Virus record (IMG/VR): IMGVR_UViG_3300016665_000182
Span: 1 to 34,836 of that record
Origin: a virus
DNA length: 34,836 nucleotides
Reading direction: 5' to 3' (one strand)
Numbering within the stretch: position 1 is the first letter of the stretch; each line of letters opens with the position of its first letter. Positions 24,688 to 32,644 of the stretch are shown here, piece by piece. Made by a program: the position numbers and the translations under genes. The notes beneath the pieces are model-generated. The model saw only the letters and a program-made list of their open reading frames with translations, was not told the origin of the DNA and ran no database searches.

Positions 24688-26898
24688 TTAAAATAAAACG
24701 CCTTGTTTTTGTTCCTCAATTGCTTTTGAGCAGTTTTTGATAGCTGTTTTAAAATAGCTATCTTTTAGTTCGATACCAATAGCTTTTCGGCCATTTTTTA
24801 ATGCCATATAACATTCAGAGCCAATACCTAAAAATGGCGTAAAAACAGTTTCCCCTTTATTACTCCAAAGGTTTACCAGTCTATGAATTACTTCTAATTG
24901 CAAAGGTGCGATATGCTTTTCGTCGCCAAGATCGGTACCTTCCTTACCGTTTAAAACATCCGTTCTTTGTATGTCCATCCATACGGGAGATGCCCATTTT
25001 TGCCACACATCAAGCGGAAAATTTTGTTTATTTAGAGAAGTAACAGGCACCCAATCATCTTCATTTCCATCCCACTTCCTAAATATAGTAATATATTCAG
25101 CCATCCCTATACCCGTATAACTTGAATCGGTTGTAACTGTTTTGTATAACAATCTTTGTGTTTTTGTTCGCTGCATTTCAAGTACCGGATCGCACCAAAT
25201 TGTAATTTTTGAATGTAATTTAAACCCCTCTTTTAACACCGATCGCGTGTGATCTCCAGTAAAATCATACATGCCAGTATAACCTGACGAGTTTTTATAG
25301 ACTCCTAAATCCTTCGTATGACAACACATTAAACGTCCCGGTTTTAGTTTAGCGTATAATTTGCGCAATAGATACGCATATTGCTCAAAAAACTGTTCAT
25401 GTGTTTCATTATTACCCATATCATGTATGTAATTTGAATAGGTAAATAGTGAGGAGAACGGCGGAGAAAAAATGATCAGATCTAGTGAATTATCTTCAAT
25501 TCGATCTATTTCAATACATGAATCTCCATGCATTAGCCACATATCATTTGTTTTATGTTCCTCAAATATGTAACTATTAAGCAGGCCATATTTTTCACCA
25601 TTTACATGACGGTTCATTTCATTTTGCATTTCTAAAAATTGTTTTTCTTTTTTTCTAATTGAATGAATTACATTTTCCATTGTATCGGTAGTGATTAAAT
25701 AAATATTAACCGACTTTTTCTGACCAAACCGATACGATCTACGAATTGATTGATATAACCCTTCAAATGAAAAATCTAAAGATGCAAATACTTGATTATT
25801 GCAATGCTGATAGTTCATACCAAATTGTGCAATTTTGGCTTTTGTTATCAGTACCCGAAAATCTCCATTTGCGAAACCTAACAGATTTTTTTCTTTTATT
25901 TCTGGACTATCTGAGCCGCTTACTTCCACCGCTCCGGGTATTAATTTTCTAAGCAATTCGCCTTCCTCATTGTGTTTAATCCATACAATAAATGGCTCAT
26001 TTGAAGCGTTTACAATTTCTGCTACTTGTTCAATTCTTTCTAATCGAGTTAATCTTAACTCTTGATTAAAATTAGTTGCCGAAACGTGGCCGCTTGCAAA
26101 TAGCCTATCTTCTTGCCTACATTTCACTTTTATTTCGCGCTCAACAAATTTTAATTCAGGAAGATTATACCCTTCCATGTGGAACCCAATATCGGAAGGT
26201 TTTGATAGCATAATTGCCCAAGATGATACCCATCCATAAAAGTCAGATTTAGCATGAGATTTTAAACGGTAGTTATTCATACCCTCTTCCCGAACAAACC
26301 AACGTGAACGCATATCCTGAGCGTCTAAAACATTTAAAAATTCACTATGGTTACCGATTTCATTTAGATCGTTAGGGGATGGAGTTGCTGTGCAAGCTAA
26401 TTTAAACGGAGTATGTTTAAATGTTTCTAATAATTTCCGTTTTGTTGCACCAGTAAAATTTTTTAGAATTGAACTTTCATCTAATACAATCCCTGAAAAT
26501 TTATCGATGCACGAAATGTTATCTAATTGTTCATAATTAGTGACGTAAATAGTAGGCGACAATTCTTTAATATGATCGGCATCAATTAATAGTCGTACTG
26601 CCTCAATGTTAAATGTTTGCGCTTGTTTAAGTGTTTGCCCAGTTACGGCTAATGGTGCCAAAATCAGTACGGGCATGTTTGTGTGCTGTACTACGCGTCT
26701 TGCCCATTCTAACTGCATGAATGTTTTTCCCAATCCACAATCGGCAAAAATTGCAAATCTTCCAGCCTTTAAAGCTCTTTCGACAATATGCCGTTGAAAT
26801 GGGAATAGTGATTCGTGTAATTCATTAGGCGTAAATCCAGCATCTTTTATTTTTAAGATCTTCCGTTGCAAGATTTCATCGTAAGTTTTAGCTTTCAT
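24688..26898 (-). CDS. SNF2-family helicase fused to a beta-class N6-adenine/N4-cytosine DNA methyltransferase
   Basis: Helicase motifs ADCGLGKT (I), VLDESS (II), TATPSPN (III) and RRSYRFGQKK (VI). Methyltransferase motif IV IIFSPPFSS comes before motif I VFTPFLGIGSE...AIGIEL. The gene is visibly AT-richer than the backbone. Confidence 0.8.
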   Translation of the reverse strand: MKAKTYDEILQRKILKIKDAGFTPNELHESLFPFQRHIVERALKAGRFAIFADCGLGKTFMQLEWARRVVQHTNMPVLILAPLAVTGQTLKQAQTFNIEAVRLLIDADHIKELSPTIYVTNYEQLDNISCIDKFSGIVLDESSILKNFTGATKRKLLETFKHTPFKLACTATPSPNDLNEIGNHSEFLNVLDAQDMRSRWFVREEGMNNYRLKSHAKSDFYGWVSSWAIMLSKPSDIGFHMEGYNLPELKFVEREIKVKCRQEDRLFASGHVSATNFNQELRLTRLERIEQVAEIVNASNEPFIVWIKHNEEGELLRKLIPGAVEVSGSDSPEIKEKNLLGFANGDFRVLITKAKIAQFGMNYQHCNNQVFASLDFSFEGLYQSIRRSYRFGQKKSVNIYLITTDTMENVIHSIRKKEKQFLEMQNEMNRHVNGEKYGLLNSYIFEEHKTNDMWLMHGDSCIEIDRIEDNSLDLIIFSPPFSSLFTYSNYIHDMGNNETHEQFFEQYAYLLRKLYAKLKPGRLMCCHTKDLGVYKNSSGYTGMYDFTGDHTRSVLKEGFKLHSKITIWCDPVLEMQRTKTQRLLYKTVTTDSSYTGIGMAEYITIFRKWDGNEDDWVPVTSLNKQNFPLDVWQKWASPVWMDIQRTDVLNGKEGTDLGDEKHIAPLQLEVIHRLVNLWSNKGETVFTPFLGIGSECYMALKNGRKAIGIELKDSYFKTAIKNCSKAIEEQKQGVLF

Positions 26899-26913
26899 AT
26901 TTTGTATTTTCTT

Positions 26914-27279
26914 TTAACTATTCCGAACAACTACGGGGTTATTCGTATATGTTCCCTTTAAAATTTGTTGCGCCGCCTCTTCCAATTGATTCCTTTGCTC
27001 CTGAGTCATTAAAACCATTGCATCCTGCACGGATTCAAAAGCTAAGGTTTCATATGTTTTCACTTCGCGTTTAAAAATTTCAGCGCTTTCCGGGGTCAAG
27101 TCCGTAACCATGTTATCCGTCATCCATTCGCACCGGCGAACATAGTCTTTAAAAAACCGGCGTGACCGTGCCGATACTTTGTTATTTAGTGCAATGCTCT
27201 CGAAATGGTGCTTAGCGTTGGCAAGATTGTAGAATGCCTTTGCGAGGCTGTAAGTTTCTGTTTTTAGTGGGATGCTCAT
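26914..27279 (-). CDS. Hypothetical protein, 121 aa
   Basis: ORF with an ATG start. Confidence 0.5.
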   Translation of the reverse strand: MSIPLKTETYSLAKAFYNLANAKHHFESIALNNKVSARSRRFFKDYVRRCEWMTDNMVTDLTPESAEIFKREVKTYETLAFESVQDAMVLMTQEQRNQLEEAAQQILKGTYTNNPVVVRNS

Positions 27280-27554
27280 TTTTTTGTTTTTTGGTTAAAA
27301 TAACTTTCAGGCTCGTTCGGGTCAGGTATGTACATATGAAACTCTTCCGCGCCTATTATTTGTATCTGTAATATGTACTCACTACGCTGATCTTCTGTTA
27401 GCTCCGCTGTTGATGGAATGCCGATCTTTTGTTTGCACCATTCGTGCACATCGCATAGGCTTTTTATTCCCGATTCGCGCTCCATTAATAGCGGTAATAA
27501 CATCGGATATACCACACCGCGTAGATACCTGTATTGCTTTGCTTTTCGTGTCAC
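27276..27554 (-). CDS. Hypothetical protein, 92 aa (GTG start)
   Basis: ORF whose GTG start overlaps the upstream stop (GTGA). Confidence 0.45.
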   Translation of the reverse strand: MTRKAKQYRYLRGVVYPMLLPLLMERESGIKSLCDVHEWCKQKIGIPSTAELTEDQRSEYILQIQIIGAEEFHMYIPDPNEPESYFNQKTKK

Positions 27555-28027
27555 TTCGGTAGTGTTACGCGGTACGTTGATTTACTTGTTTTAATCGGGC
27601 CGATTAGCGTTTCCCCGGTTTCTTCATCGACTAGCATTTTACCCGGTTCAATCCTTTGCAGCCGCTTTTCTAGTTCCTTTCGCGCCTCAATTGCCCGCTC
27701 TGCTTCGATATTTAGGCGCACCCATTCCGGGTTATTAGAATAGTCATAAGTAGTACCGGCTTCCACCAGTTCAACCTTTGCGCCTGTGGCTGTTGTAATC
27801 TGCTTACCATGTGGCGCAATTTCAGCCCGCACCGCTTCGACATATTCAGGGCGCGCCTTCATCTCTTTGATTAGGTTTTCCATGCCCGCAATAGCTTCCG
27901 CAATTTGCAAGGCCCCGCCTTCATCCATGATCTTATTAACTGCATCCGATACTACACGGCTAATCTCCGTTTTTGTAAGCCCCGAAATAAACGGGGCTAG
28001 TGGTTTGTTTGTCATGTGTACTGCCAT
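27551..28027 (-). CDS. Hypothetical coiled-coil protein next to ERF (possibly Gp157-like)
   Basis: 158-aa ORF, with an alternative ATG at 28015 in an ACACATGAC context. The assignment rests only on adjacency to the recombinase and its helical character. Confidence 0.5.
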   Translation of the reverse strand: MAVHMTNKPLAPFISGLTKTEISRVVSDAVNKIMDEGGALQIAEAIAGMENLIKEMKARPEYVEAVRAEIAPHGKQITTATGAKVELVEAGTTYDYSNNPEWVRLNIEAERAIEARKELEKRLQRIEPGKMLVDEETGETLIGPIKTSKSTYRVTLPK

Positions 28028-28062
28028 ATTTGAGGGTTAAAAAATGCTTCTACGTGTGCCCT

Positions 28063-28683
28063 TCAGTTGCCCGCCGCAATTAGCTTTTCTTCGGTTGATT
28101 TTGCAAGGCGGTACTTTGCTTTTATTTGCGCAATAGTAACTGTTTTTTCCGCAATAGCTTTTAGTGCTTTTTCAAAGGCTTCGCTATTTTCATTCAGCCA
28201 CGGTTTTTCAGGTTGCTTTTGCGGCGGTGTAGTGGATTGCGGTGCCTGTCTTTCGTGAGTATGTGCGTCTGCATCATTATCGCCCTCCGTTGGGATGCAG
28301 AATGTTTGCAGGCATAAGTACTTATAGGCCGCACTCATAGCTTTGTTTGTGGCTTTGTCCGCGCTGTCCATTGCTTCCCCAATTACACGCGCCGTATGTG
28401 TTGAGCCGTCCTGTGCTGATACAAAATCGTATTCAGCCTCAACAATTACATAAGACATAAGGCCCCCTAGTTTTGTTGATACTTCCCGAAATTCACGGGA
28501 CAAAATGCGCGGGATTATAACTAACCCAGAAGCGGCAAGATGCGAAGCTAGAGCATTATATATCTCGTCAATTCCTCTAAAATGATATCCCTGCTTCTCG
28601 TTCTTCCGGCTCTTGCTGATGCCTTCTGCTGCCATCTTTTGCGCTACTTCCGAAATAGCTTTGTAAACGTGTTTTGTTGTCAT
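28063..28683 (-). CDS. erf: ERF-family single-strand annealing recombinase
   Basis: HVYKAISEVAQKM...GYHFRGIDEIYNALASHLAASGLVI...DKATNKAMSAAYKYLCLQTFCIPT matches the ERF family layout. Confidence 0.75.
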   Translation of the reverse strand: MTTKHVYKAISEVAQKMAAEGISKSRKNEKQGYHFRGIDEIYNALASHLAASGLVIIPRILSREFREVSTKLGGLMSYVIVEAEYDFVSAQDGSTHTARVIGEAMDSADKATNKAMSAAYKYLCLQTFCIPTEGDNDADAHTHERQAPQSTTPPQKQPEKPWLNENSEAFEKALKAIAEKTVTIAQIKAKYRLAKSTEEKLIAAGN

Positions 28684-28783
28684 GTGTTTTTGATTTTAGA
28701 TAAAGGTCATAAAAGTAGTCTGCATCTTCGCCGATATTCTGATCTCTGATCTCATCGGCATAGTGTGTCTTTAGTTTGCCCAT
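28577..28783 (-). CDS. Questionable small ORF overlapping the ERF 5' end by 107 nt
   Basis: The ATG at 28783 lies 1 nt after the upstream stop, so it looks coupled. However, the last ~35 codons overlap erf in another frame. Confidence 0.3.
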   Translation of the reverse strand: MGKLKTHYADEIRDQNIGEDADYFYDLYLKSKTHDNKTRLQSYFGSSAKDGSRRHQQEPEEREAGISF

Positions 28784-28784
28784 G

Positions 28785-29021
28785 TTAATTGCGTTGAATA
28801 GATAGATCGCTGTATTTTTCGCGAAAAAATTCGGTCAACTCATCGCGGTAAGATTCGACATATTCTTTGATTGCCCGGTTTTGGATGCGACCAAAACTAA
28901 ACCTATCCCAAATAATCGGCCCTACTTCAATTTCGAATAGATCATCCATAGCGGTAAGGTTGCAATTTGCGTAAAGGTTTACTAATCCAACCTCTTCAAT
29001 TTGTACGGTTATTTCTGTCAT
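28785..29021 (-). CDS. Hypothetical protein, 78 aa
   Basis: ORF with an ATG start, just after a terminator-like hairpin. Confidence 0.5.
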   Translation of the reverse strand: MTEITVQIEEVGLVNLYANCNLTAMDDLFEIEVGPIIWDRFSFGRIQNRAIKEYVESYRDELTEFFREKYSDLSIQRN

Positions 29022-29044
29022 TTTTTTGGGTTTTAAAGGGTTTT

Positions 29045-29072
29045 AAAAAAGCCCCAGGTAAAAACCTGGCGC
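29045..29072 (-). terminator. Intrinsic-terminator-like hairpin
   Basis: Minus strand reads GCGCCAGG-TTTTTA-CCTGGGGC (one mismatch), followed by TTTTTT. Confidence 0.5.
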
Positions 29073-29077
29073 GTGTT

Positions 29078-29431
29078 CTACTGCTTATGAATACTGACAT
29101 TTTCAAGGCGTGCGGCCTCATTTATTAACATTTCAAATGCTTTCGGGGATAGGATTTTCTCAAGTCCCTCCGGGCATTCTTTCGCGTCTTTTTTTAATTC
29201 GTTTACCATCCGGCGAAGCAGTTCATTTGTCGGATCTTCTTCATGCCCGGTTATTAATTTACGGTACGGACTTAATCGGATGCTATTAACGTCGCTTATT
29301 AGTAGCTGAAAGCATAGTTCCTTTTCCCAATTAGACAAGCCGTGCGGATCGATCTTATCTAATGTTTTCCGGGCGGAAACAGCGGCCCAAAACAAAGCGG
29401 CTAACACGCAAAAGGTTAAAAAATGTTCCAT
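29078..29431 (-). CDS. Hypothetical protein with N-terminal TM/signal segment, 117 aa
   Basis: MEHFLTFCVLAALFWAAVSARK is followed by a helical soluble part. Confidence 0.5.
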   Translation of the reverse strand: MEHFLTFCVLAALFWAAVSARKTLDKIDPHGLSNWEKELCFQLLISDVNSIRLSPYRKLITGHEEDPTNELLRRMVNELKKDAKECPEGLEKILSPKAFEMLINEAARLENVSIHKQ

Positions 29432-29433
29432 CG

Positions 29434-29667
29434 TTAAAGGATTGAGGTTAAAGCGTTAGATATAAGTTGATCTACCGTGCGTTTCCGGCGGACGCGGAAA
29501 ACAGCTACCGTGTTCGGATTTTCCGGCCATTCGTTCGGATGGGAAAAGTTTACGTAAGTCTCTACTTCGTTATGCGCCGGGTAAGATACTTGTTTTAGAT
29601 AGAGTTCGGTAAACCCGTAGCCCTCAAACCATTCAGGCAATTGATGCTGTATGTGTGTCGTATTCAT
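29434..29667 (-). CDS. Hypothetical protein, 77 aa
   Basis: ORF with an ATG start, downstream of the promoter-like repeat. Confidence 0.5.
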   Translation of the reverse strand: MNTTHIQHQLPEWFEGYGFTELYLKQVSYPAHNEVETYVNFSHPNEWPENPNTVAVFRVRRKRTVDQLISNALTSIL

Positions 29668-29702
29668 AGCGGTTACAATGTTAGTTACTGTTTGGGATAT
29701 TT

Positions 29703-29915
29703 TTATTTTTTTGCTGGTATTTTATTTTTGCAGCAAAGTTGCAAACCGTACCGGGGCAATATCGAAAGCAGCTTAGGTATGTGCTTTTCGGACAGTTGCC
29801 GCCCGGACTTTACATTACTTAGGGTCTTAAATGGTAGGCCTGCTTCGCGCTCTAGTCGAGGTAGTGAAAGGGCGGGTCGTTCGGTAATGAATTTCCTAAA
29901 TTGTTCGGTAGTCAT
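29703..29915 (-). CDS. Small putative HTH protein, 70 aa
   Basis: The ATG at 29915 forms an ATGA overlap with the upstream stop. LSLPRLEREAGLPFKTLSNVKSGRQLSEKHIPKL is HTH-like. The tracked start at 29993 would overlap the upstream gene. Confidence 0.45.
   Translation of the reverse strand: MTTEQFRKFITERPALSLPRLEREAGLPFKTLSNVKSGRQLSEKHIPKLLSILPRYGLQLCCKNKIPAKK
29717..29745 (-). promoter_or_regulatory. Promoter/operator-like palindromic element, copy B
   Basis: Minus strand reads TTTGCAACTTTGCTGCAAAAATAAAATAC, about 50 nt upstream of the ATG at 29667. It shares about 22 of 29 nt with 31179-31207. Confidence 0.35.
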
Positions 29916-30160
29916 AAAAATTCGATTTTTTCGGCTTCGATATTTTTTCGGTGGAAAATAAACAGCACCAATGTTAGCCGCGCTTGTTCCCATCCCTCAT
30001 TTTGATCGGCCTCTAAAAAGTATTTAATCAAATTAGTTTTTGTTACAAGGTCAGAAACTTCATAAGTAATACCGTGTTTTCCCACGTAGGTAATGCACAC
30101 ATGGACTTTTCCGTATGGGGCCGGATAGATATTAATGCCGGTTACTTTTACTTTTTTCAT
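29912..30160 (-). CDS. Small protein, paralog 2 of a duplicated family
   Basis: MKKVKV...YPAPYGKVHVCITY...GWEQARLTL...IEAEKIEFL aligns with the product of 30664..30915. Confidence 0.6.
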   Translation of the reverse strand: MKKVKVTGINIYPAPYGKVHVCITYVGKHGITYEVSDLVTKTNLIKYFLEADQNEGWEQARLTLVLFIFHRKNIEAEKIEFL

Positions 30161-30627
30161 GATATGTATTTAAGGATTATTTCAGCTTGTTTTTCGCGGG
30201 CGGAATCGTAGTCTGCAGCGGCATCGGCGGCGGCATCGGAGGCAAAAGCGGCGGCATATGCGGCATCGGCGGCAGAATCGGCGGCATGGGCATCCTCCTT
30301 GCTAATCAAACCATTTGCATAGTCACGCGCTGCCTGAATAGCTTTGCGCGGGCGGTTATCGTTGGGGTACTTATCTTCGTATATGTGTAATACTTGCTCT
30401 GCGAAGTCGGCAGCCATAAGCCGCCATGTACAGTCGTATTCCGAAGGGAAACAACGGAAAGCCCATATACAATCCTGCACTCCGTTAATGCTAAGAATAT
30501 CCCGAAGATGCAAAGGCTCATTGTCTGCTTTGGTCTTACCCAAACCGGACAATAGTTTTTCCCAGCCATCTTTGCAGGGGTTATGTGCTTTGATTGCGTT
30601 AAGTGTGGTAATGAATGTTAGTGCCAT
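30157..30627 (-). CDS. Ala/Asp-rich helical protein resembling Imm5-like 'immunity' proteins
   Basis: HNPCKDGWEKLL...INGVQDCIWAFRC...YPNDNRPRKAIQAARDYANG, followed by AADSAADAAYAAAFASDAAADAAADYDSA. The family resemblance is from memory only. Confidence 0.55.
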   Translation of the reverse strand: MALTFITTLNAIKAHNPCKDGWEKLLSGLGKTKADNEPLHLRDILSINGVQDCIWAFRCFPSEYDCTWRLMAADFAEQVLHIYEDKYPNDNRPRKAIQAARDYANGLISKEDAHAADSAADAAYAAAFASDAAADAAADYDSAREKQAEIILKYIS

Positions 30628-30663
30628 GTGTTGAATTTTGCGGCCCCCGAAGGGGCCGGGTAA
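30625..30663 (-). repeat. Duplicated ~39-bp leader, copy 1: UUCG hairpin (30641-30658) plus AAAATTCAACACATG
   Basis: catgtgttgaattttgcggcccccgaaggggccgggtaa is nearly identical to 30913-30951. Confidence 0.85.
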
Positions 30664-30915
30664 TCAGATAAATTCAATTGCGTCGTATTCGATGCCGTGA
30701 CGGTCTAGCACCAGTTCTGTCAATGTAAGGCGTGCCTCTTCCCAGCTTTCGTCCTCGTCATCGGAGCGGTATGCGTCTGTTGCGCGGGTGTTGTTGGTGA
30801 CAACGCTTTTGCGACTGGATGTTCCGTCCTCTTCGATGAATGTGATAAATACGCGATTGTGGCCGTAACCTTCGGGGAGAATGCTGATGTGGTTGAATAC
30901 CTGTACTGTTTTCAT
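30664..30915 (-). CDS. Small protein, paralog 1 of a duplicated family
   Basis: MKTVQV...LPEGYGHNRVFITF...SWEEARLTL...IEYDAIEFI. Confidence 0.6.
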   Translation of the reverse strand: MKTVQVFNHISILPEGYGHNRVFITFIEEDGTSSRKSVVTNNTRATDAYRSDDEDESWEEARLTLTELVLDRHGIEYDAIEFI

Positions 30916-30951
30916 GTGTTGAATTTTTGGCCCCCGAAGGGGCCGGGTTAG
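30913..30951 (-). repeat. Duplicated ~39-bp leader, copy 2: UUCG hairpin (30929-30944) plus AAAAATTCAACACATG
   Basis: catgtgttgaatttttggcccccgaaggggccgggttag. Confidence 0.85.
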
Positions 30952-31161
30952 TTAATTAGTTAATGCTTTATTTGCAAACCAAAGCAAAATCATTGCCTTG
31001 TTTTCGTTCCATTGTTCCGGTGTTATACCCAATTTTTCAGCATGTGCGGCACACATTTTTACAAATTCTTGATCGTTTACAAGATTCATTCGTTTTTGAA
31101 ATTCCGCCTTAATTTGTGTTTGTGTCATGTGTTTTGCGTTTTGATAAATCAAAGATAACAT
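30952..31161 (-). CDS. Hypothetical small protein, first gene of the early arm
   Basis: The ATG at 31161 gives 69 aa. The alternative ATG at 31128 gives 58 aa and sits in the recurrent AAAACACATGAC context. Confidence 0.5.
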   Translation of the reverse strand: MLSLIYQNAKHMTQTQIKAEFQKRMNLVNDQEFVKMCAAHAEKLGITPEQWNENKAMILLWFANKALTN

Positions 31162-31178
31162 AAGTTACCAAACGGAAA

Positions 31179-31207
31179 CAAATTTATTTTTGCAACATTG
31201 CTGCAAA
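31179..31207 (-). promoter_or_regulatory. Candidate early promoter with overlapping palindrome, copy A
   Basis: Minus strand reads TTTG-CAGCAATGTTGCAAAAA-TAAATTTG: a TTTG box, 17 nt, then a TAnnTTTG box. TTTGCAGCA/TGTTGCAAA forms an imperfect inverted repeat. It lies just downstream of a terminator. Confidence 0.45.
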
Positions 31208-31246
31208 TACTATTTAAGTAATTGATTTACACGGCAAAAAAATTTT

Positions 31247-31275
31247 AAAAAAAGCCCCGCCTAGATAGGCAGGGC
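31247..31275 (-). terminator. Intrinsic terminator ending the lysis/late transcription unit
   Basis: Minus strand reads GCCCTGCC-TATCTA-GGCGGGGC (one G-U pair), followed by TTTTTTT. Confidence 0.6.
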
Positions 31276-31296
31276 GTTCATACACACATGAGCAAA

Positions 31297-32163
31297 CTAC
31301 TTAGTAATAATAGTATAAGACGGGTAAAGATAGTTAGATCGGTTCTTTTTCTTCATCAATTCTAATTGACATAAGATGCCGCCCATCGGCTTAGGTTGCC
31401 TGCCTCTTTCAATATGGAAGCCTCCTGATGCATCGGCGAATTCTTCTTTGTAACAACCTGTCCTAAGGTTATAGACCGTCCGCGTCTCCGGCATGTTACT
31501 GCTTGCATTCGCATTAAACCGCTCTGTTTGGGTCGGTAGTGCATACATCTCGTGAACGTGCCCCATCCAGATGGCGTCCGCGTTCTCTATATACATATTT
31601 GTCCTGCTGTGCTGTAAAATACCTTTTGTCATTTCCCCACCTCCACCAAAGCCGTGGTTATAGTATATCCGGTAAGGCACATTCCCGTCATTTGCCTGAG
31701 CCAGTATATTAATCCAGCCCCGATACCCACCGCGTAACACATTCACTTTATTCCGTTCATTAAATCGCTCCACAAAGCGCGTCAAAACATCCGTTTCACA
31801 GTTTTTCAGTATCGCTGTTTCGTGGTTCCCTTCGCCAACAAAAGCAAGAATATCCGCGTAAGGTGACAGTAATTCTACGGTATCTTCGATAACGGCATCA
31901 ATGTAGTTTGCTACGTTATGTTCCGGGCGAATGTCTTTCTTCGATCTACGCGGGTCATATTTCCCCTGCATCAAACAAAATAAATCTCCGTTAATTAGCA
32001 CTTTCGCCCCTTTGTCGCGGGCCTTTTTTAAATGCGAAAAAAATAGTTCCCGGTCGCACTTTGGGTTATCAATATGAATATCCGAACAAAGGAAAAAACT
32101 AATATGTTCAGACTTGCTAAACTTGAACTGATAGGTTAGGTTGTTGGTCTTTGCGGCTTGCAT
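31297..32163 (-). CDS. Calcineurin-like metallophosphoesterase
   Basis: Motifs CSDIHID, INGDLF, GEGNHE and GHVHE in canonical order. Confidence 0.8.
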   Translation of the reverse strand: MQAAKTNNLTYQFKFSKSEHISFFLCSDIHIDNPKCDRELFFSHLKKARDKGAKVLINGDLFCLMQGKYDPRRSKKDIRPEHNVANYIDAVIEDTVELLSPYADILAFVGEGNHETAILKNCETDVLTRFVERFNERNKVNVLRGGYRGWINILAQANDGNVPYRIYYNHGFGGGGEMTKGILQHSRTNMYIENADAIWMGHVHEMYALPTQTERFNANASSNMPETRTVYNLRTGCYKEEFADASGGFHIERGRQPKPMGGILCQLELMKKKNRSNYLYPSYTIITK

Positions 32164-32164
32164 G

Positions 32165-32644
32165 TTAAATGTTTGGGTATTGTCCGTTTTTGAGGCTCAA
32201 AAGTTGATCGACACTATAGCCAAAAGTTTTTTGGAAGTGTGGCATATCGGGAAACTTTTTCCAGTCGCCGCCCCACTCCCATCCGTGTTTTTTAAAGACA
32301 TTCACGCACTCCATCCAATCGGCCACACGGTCGCCGTCGAAGTCTTTTAACGTGTCCCAGCTTGCCTGCTTGCCGTCAATAATTAAAGCAATATCAATGG
32401 CCATACCGTAATTATGGTACGACCGTCCGGCGCGTGCTCTCGTTACAATCTTTCCCGGCTTTGTCCGGCCCTGTGCAAACATTTCATTTTGTTCGGCAAA
32501 CGTCCGCAAAGTGTGCGTAAATCTACACATAGCCCTACCGGTTAAAACATCGCAAATTTCCCGGTAAATAATTCGCCCTTCATTCCTTAAACTAGGTAAT
32601 AAAAGCTCTATTCGTTGTAGCGTAATTTGATCTAGGTTCGCCAT
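32165..32644 (-). CDS. Endolysin, peptidase M15 (VanY / L-Ala-D-Glu peptidase type)
   Basis: SYHNYGMAID fits SxHxxGxAxD exactly. WEWGGDW...DMPHF supplies the third zinc ligand. Confidence 0.85.
   Translation of the reverse strand: MANLDQITLQRIELLLPSLRNEGRIIYREICDVLTGRAMCRFTHTLRTFAEQNEMFAQGRTKPGKIVTRARAGRSYHNYGMAIDIALIIDGKQASWDTLKDFDGDRVADWMECVNVFKKHGWEWGGDWKKFPDMPHFQKTFGYSVDQLLSLKNGQYPNI

Noticed and set aside
30187-30300. The GC-rich quasi-repeats (GCGGCATCGGCGGC-like) considered as a non-coding repeat element.
   Set aside because: They are in frame and encode the Ala/Asp-rich C-terminal tail of the 156-aa protein, so this is a coding low-complexity region.
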